DNA of 26,665 nucleotides from a virus. Its lineage: Duplodnaviria > Caudoviricetes. The notes under the pieces are model-generated. The model made no database searches. It saw nothing but the letters and a program-made list of their open reading frames with translations, and was not told the DNA's origin. The position numbers and the translations under genes are program-made. Location: positions 1 through 26,665 of the IMG/VR virus record IMGVR_UViG_3300030325_000003. The stretch is one strand, 5' to 3'. This document shows positions 25,646 through 26,665 of this stretch, piece after piece. Within the stretch, counting starts at the first letter, position 1. Every line of letters begins with the position of its first letter.

Positions 25646-26664
25646 ACGCCGAGCGCCTCGCGCCAGTTGTTGACGGTGGCCTGCCATGTCCACGAGCGCA
25701 TCTCGACGGAAGCATAATCGCCAAGCGATTCCATCGTGGCACGTTTATTCCTGACCTGTCTCAGGGCCTCAACTATCTCGTCAGGGTCAGACTCGCCCCA
25801 GCCCTCGAAGCCCCGATAGAGACGACATGGACCTTCAACCGTGCGTTGGGTATCTAGCGGCAGGATGGTTCCACGTGGAACGTCCTTCTGGCCGGTGTTC
25901 TGGGCCACGATGCACGGCAACCCCAAGGCCATGCACTCGGTCAGGACCATGTTCGTAGCCCCTTCGGCTCGGGACGGAAACACGGCGACATCGCACTCGC
26001 GGATCGCGTTCGCGGCCTCCGCGTTGCTGCACATCCCGATGTCCACATGGCTCCCTTCGGGGATTCCGTTGGCGGTGGTCCAGCCTTCCATGTCCCAGCC
26101 GTGGATGGTCTGGTTCGGGATGCCCCGGACATAGCCCTTGGCCCACACGCCTTCCATCGTCTGCGGCCACTGGTTCACCCATTGCGTCACCAAGAGGGCG
26201 TCCTTCCCCTCGGGCGTCTGGAGGAACCGCTTGAAGGCTTCCACCATGATGTCCTGTCCCTTGCGGTATTCGAGCTTGCCACCGCAAAAGATGGTGAAGC
26301 GATCATCCGACCTTCGCTTTGGGGCCGGACGCCACACGGTCCCGTCAAAGCCCTGATAGATGACCTGTGATTTGAGGCCATACCCCGCCAAGACGCTTTG
26401 GCACCACTTGCTTGGCACGATGAGCGAGTCGAACTTGCCGACCCGCTCGACGGCCTTGGCGTCCAAGATGGGGTCCTCGAAGATCGCCAACCCGACCTTC
26501 CGCACTACACCCGTCGTCTCAACCTCGGACGGCTCCTCGAAGTTGTTCGACAAGCCTTGGAGCATCACCAAGTCCGCCGACCCATCCTCGTCCCGCCTGC
26601 CCCAGCGACTCACCGACGCGCGGAGCGTATGGGGGATGGTCGAAAGCTCCACGGAGCCACCCGC
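25642..26664 (-). CDS. GT4-family glycosyltransferase (probably 5'-truncated by the window edge)
   Basis: LIVPSKW, GKLEYRKGQD and FPSRAEG.TNMVLTECMALGLP. The frame stays open to the end of the window. Confidence 0.9.
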   Translation of the reverse strand, partial: AGGSVELSTIPHTLRASVSRWGRRDEDGSADLVMLQGLSNNFEEPSEVETTGVVRKVGLAIFEDPILDAKAVERVGKFDSLIVPSKWCQSVLAGYGLKSQVIYQGFDGTVWRPAPKRRSDDRFTIFCGGKLEYRKGQDIMVEAFKRFLQTPEGKDALLVTQWVNQWPQTMEGVWAKGYVRGIPNQTIHGWDMEGWTTANGIPEGSHVDIGMCSNAEAANAIRECDVAVFPSRAEGATNMVLTECMALGLPCIVAQNTGQKDVPRGTILPLDTQRTVEGPCRLYRGFEGWGESDPDEIVEALRQVRNKRATMESLGDYASVEMRSWTWQATVNNWREALGV

Positions 26665-26665
26665 C

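Noticed and set aside
22539-26664. DNA hypermodification or restriction-modification reading of the GT/MTase cluster
   Set aside because: The MTases lack DNA-MTase catalytic motifs, no base-hydroxylase or nucleotide-modifying gene is in the window, and the cluster is in the late operon. Disfavoured rather than excluded, since the genes upstream are not visible.
1-26665. CRISPR arrays, tRNA/rRNA genes, DGR repeats, integrase/att sites, terminase small subunit
   Set aside because: None seen by eye; intergenic space is minimal. A small terminase gene probably lies outside the window but cannot be identified here.

Overview
The window is the late (packaging, morphogenesis, lysis) region of a GC-rich, podovirus-like tailed dsDNA phage, almost all on the minus strand. 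Read right to left: GT4 glycosyltransferase, two SAM methyltransferases, TPR-glycosyltransferase, terminase large subunit, eight small genes, portal, scaffold, major capsid, a free-standing zinc-finger/LAGLIDADG homing endonuclease, decoration protein, adaptor, nozzle, spike-like protein, four probable ejection proteins and a lysis cassette (holins, M15 endolysin, spanin-like gene). Three tiny plus-strand genes converge on it at the left end. Highlights: (1) a glycosylation/O-methylation module coupled to terL, built around an FlmG-like TPR-GT and accompanied by Ser/Thr-rich virion proteins (candidate virion glycosylation system); (2) a homing endonuclease with an RBS-sequestering hairpin, an internal promoter and a recoded capsid 3' end; (3) a possible one-gene spanin ending in a beta-hairpin. 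All calls come from motif recognition and gene order by eye; no searches were run.
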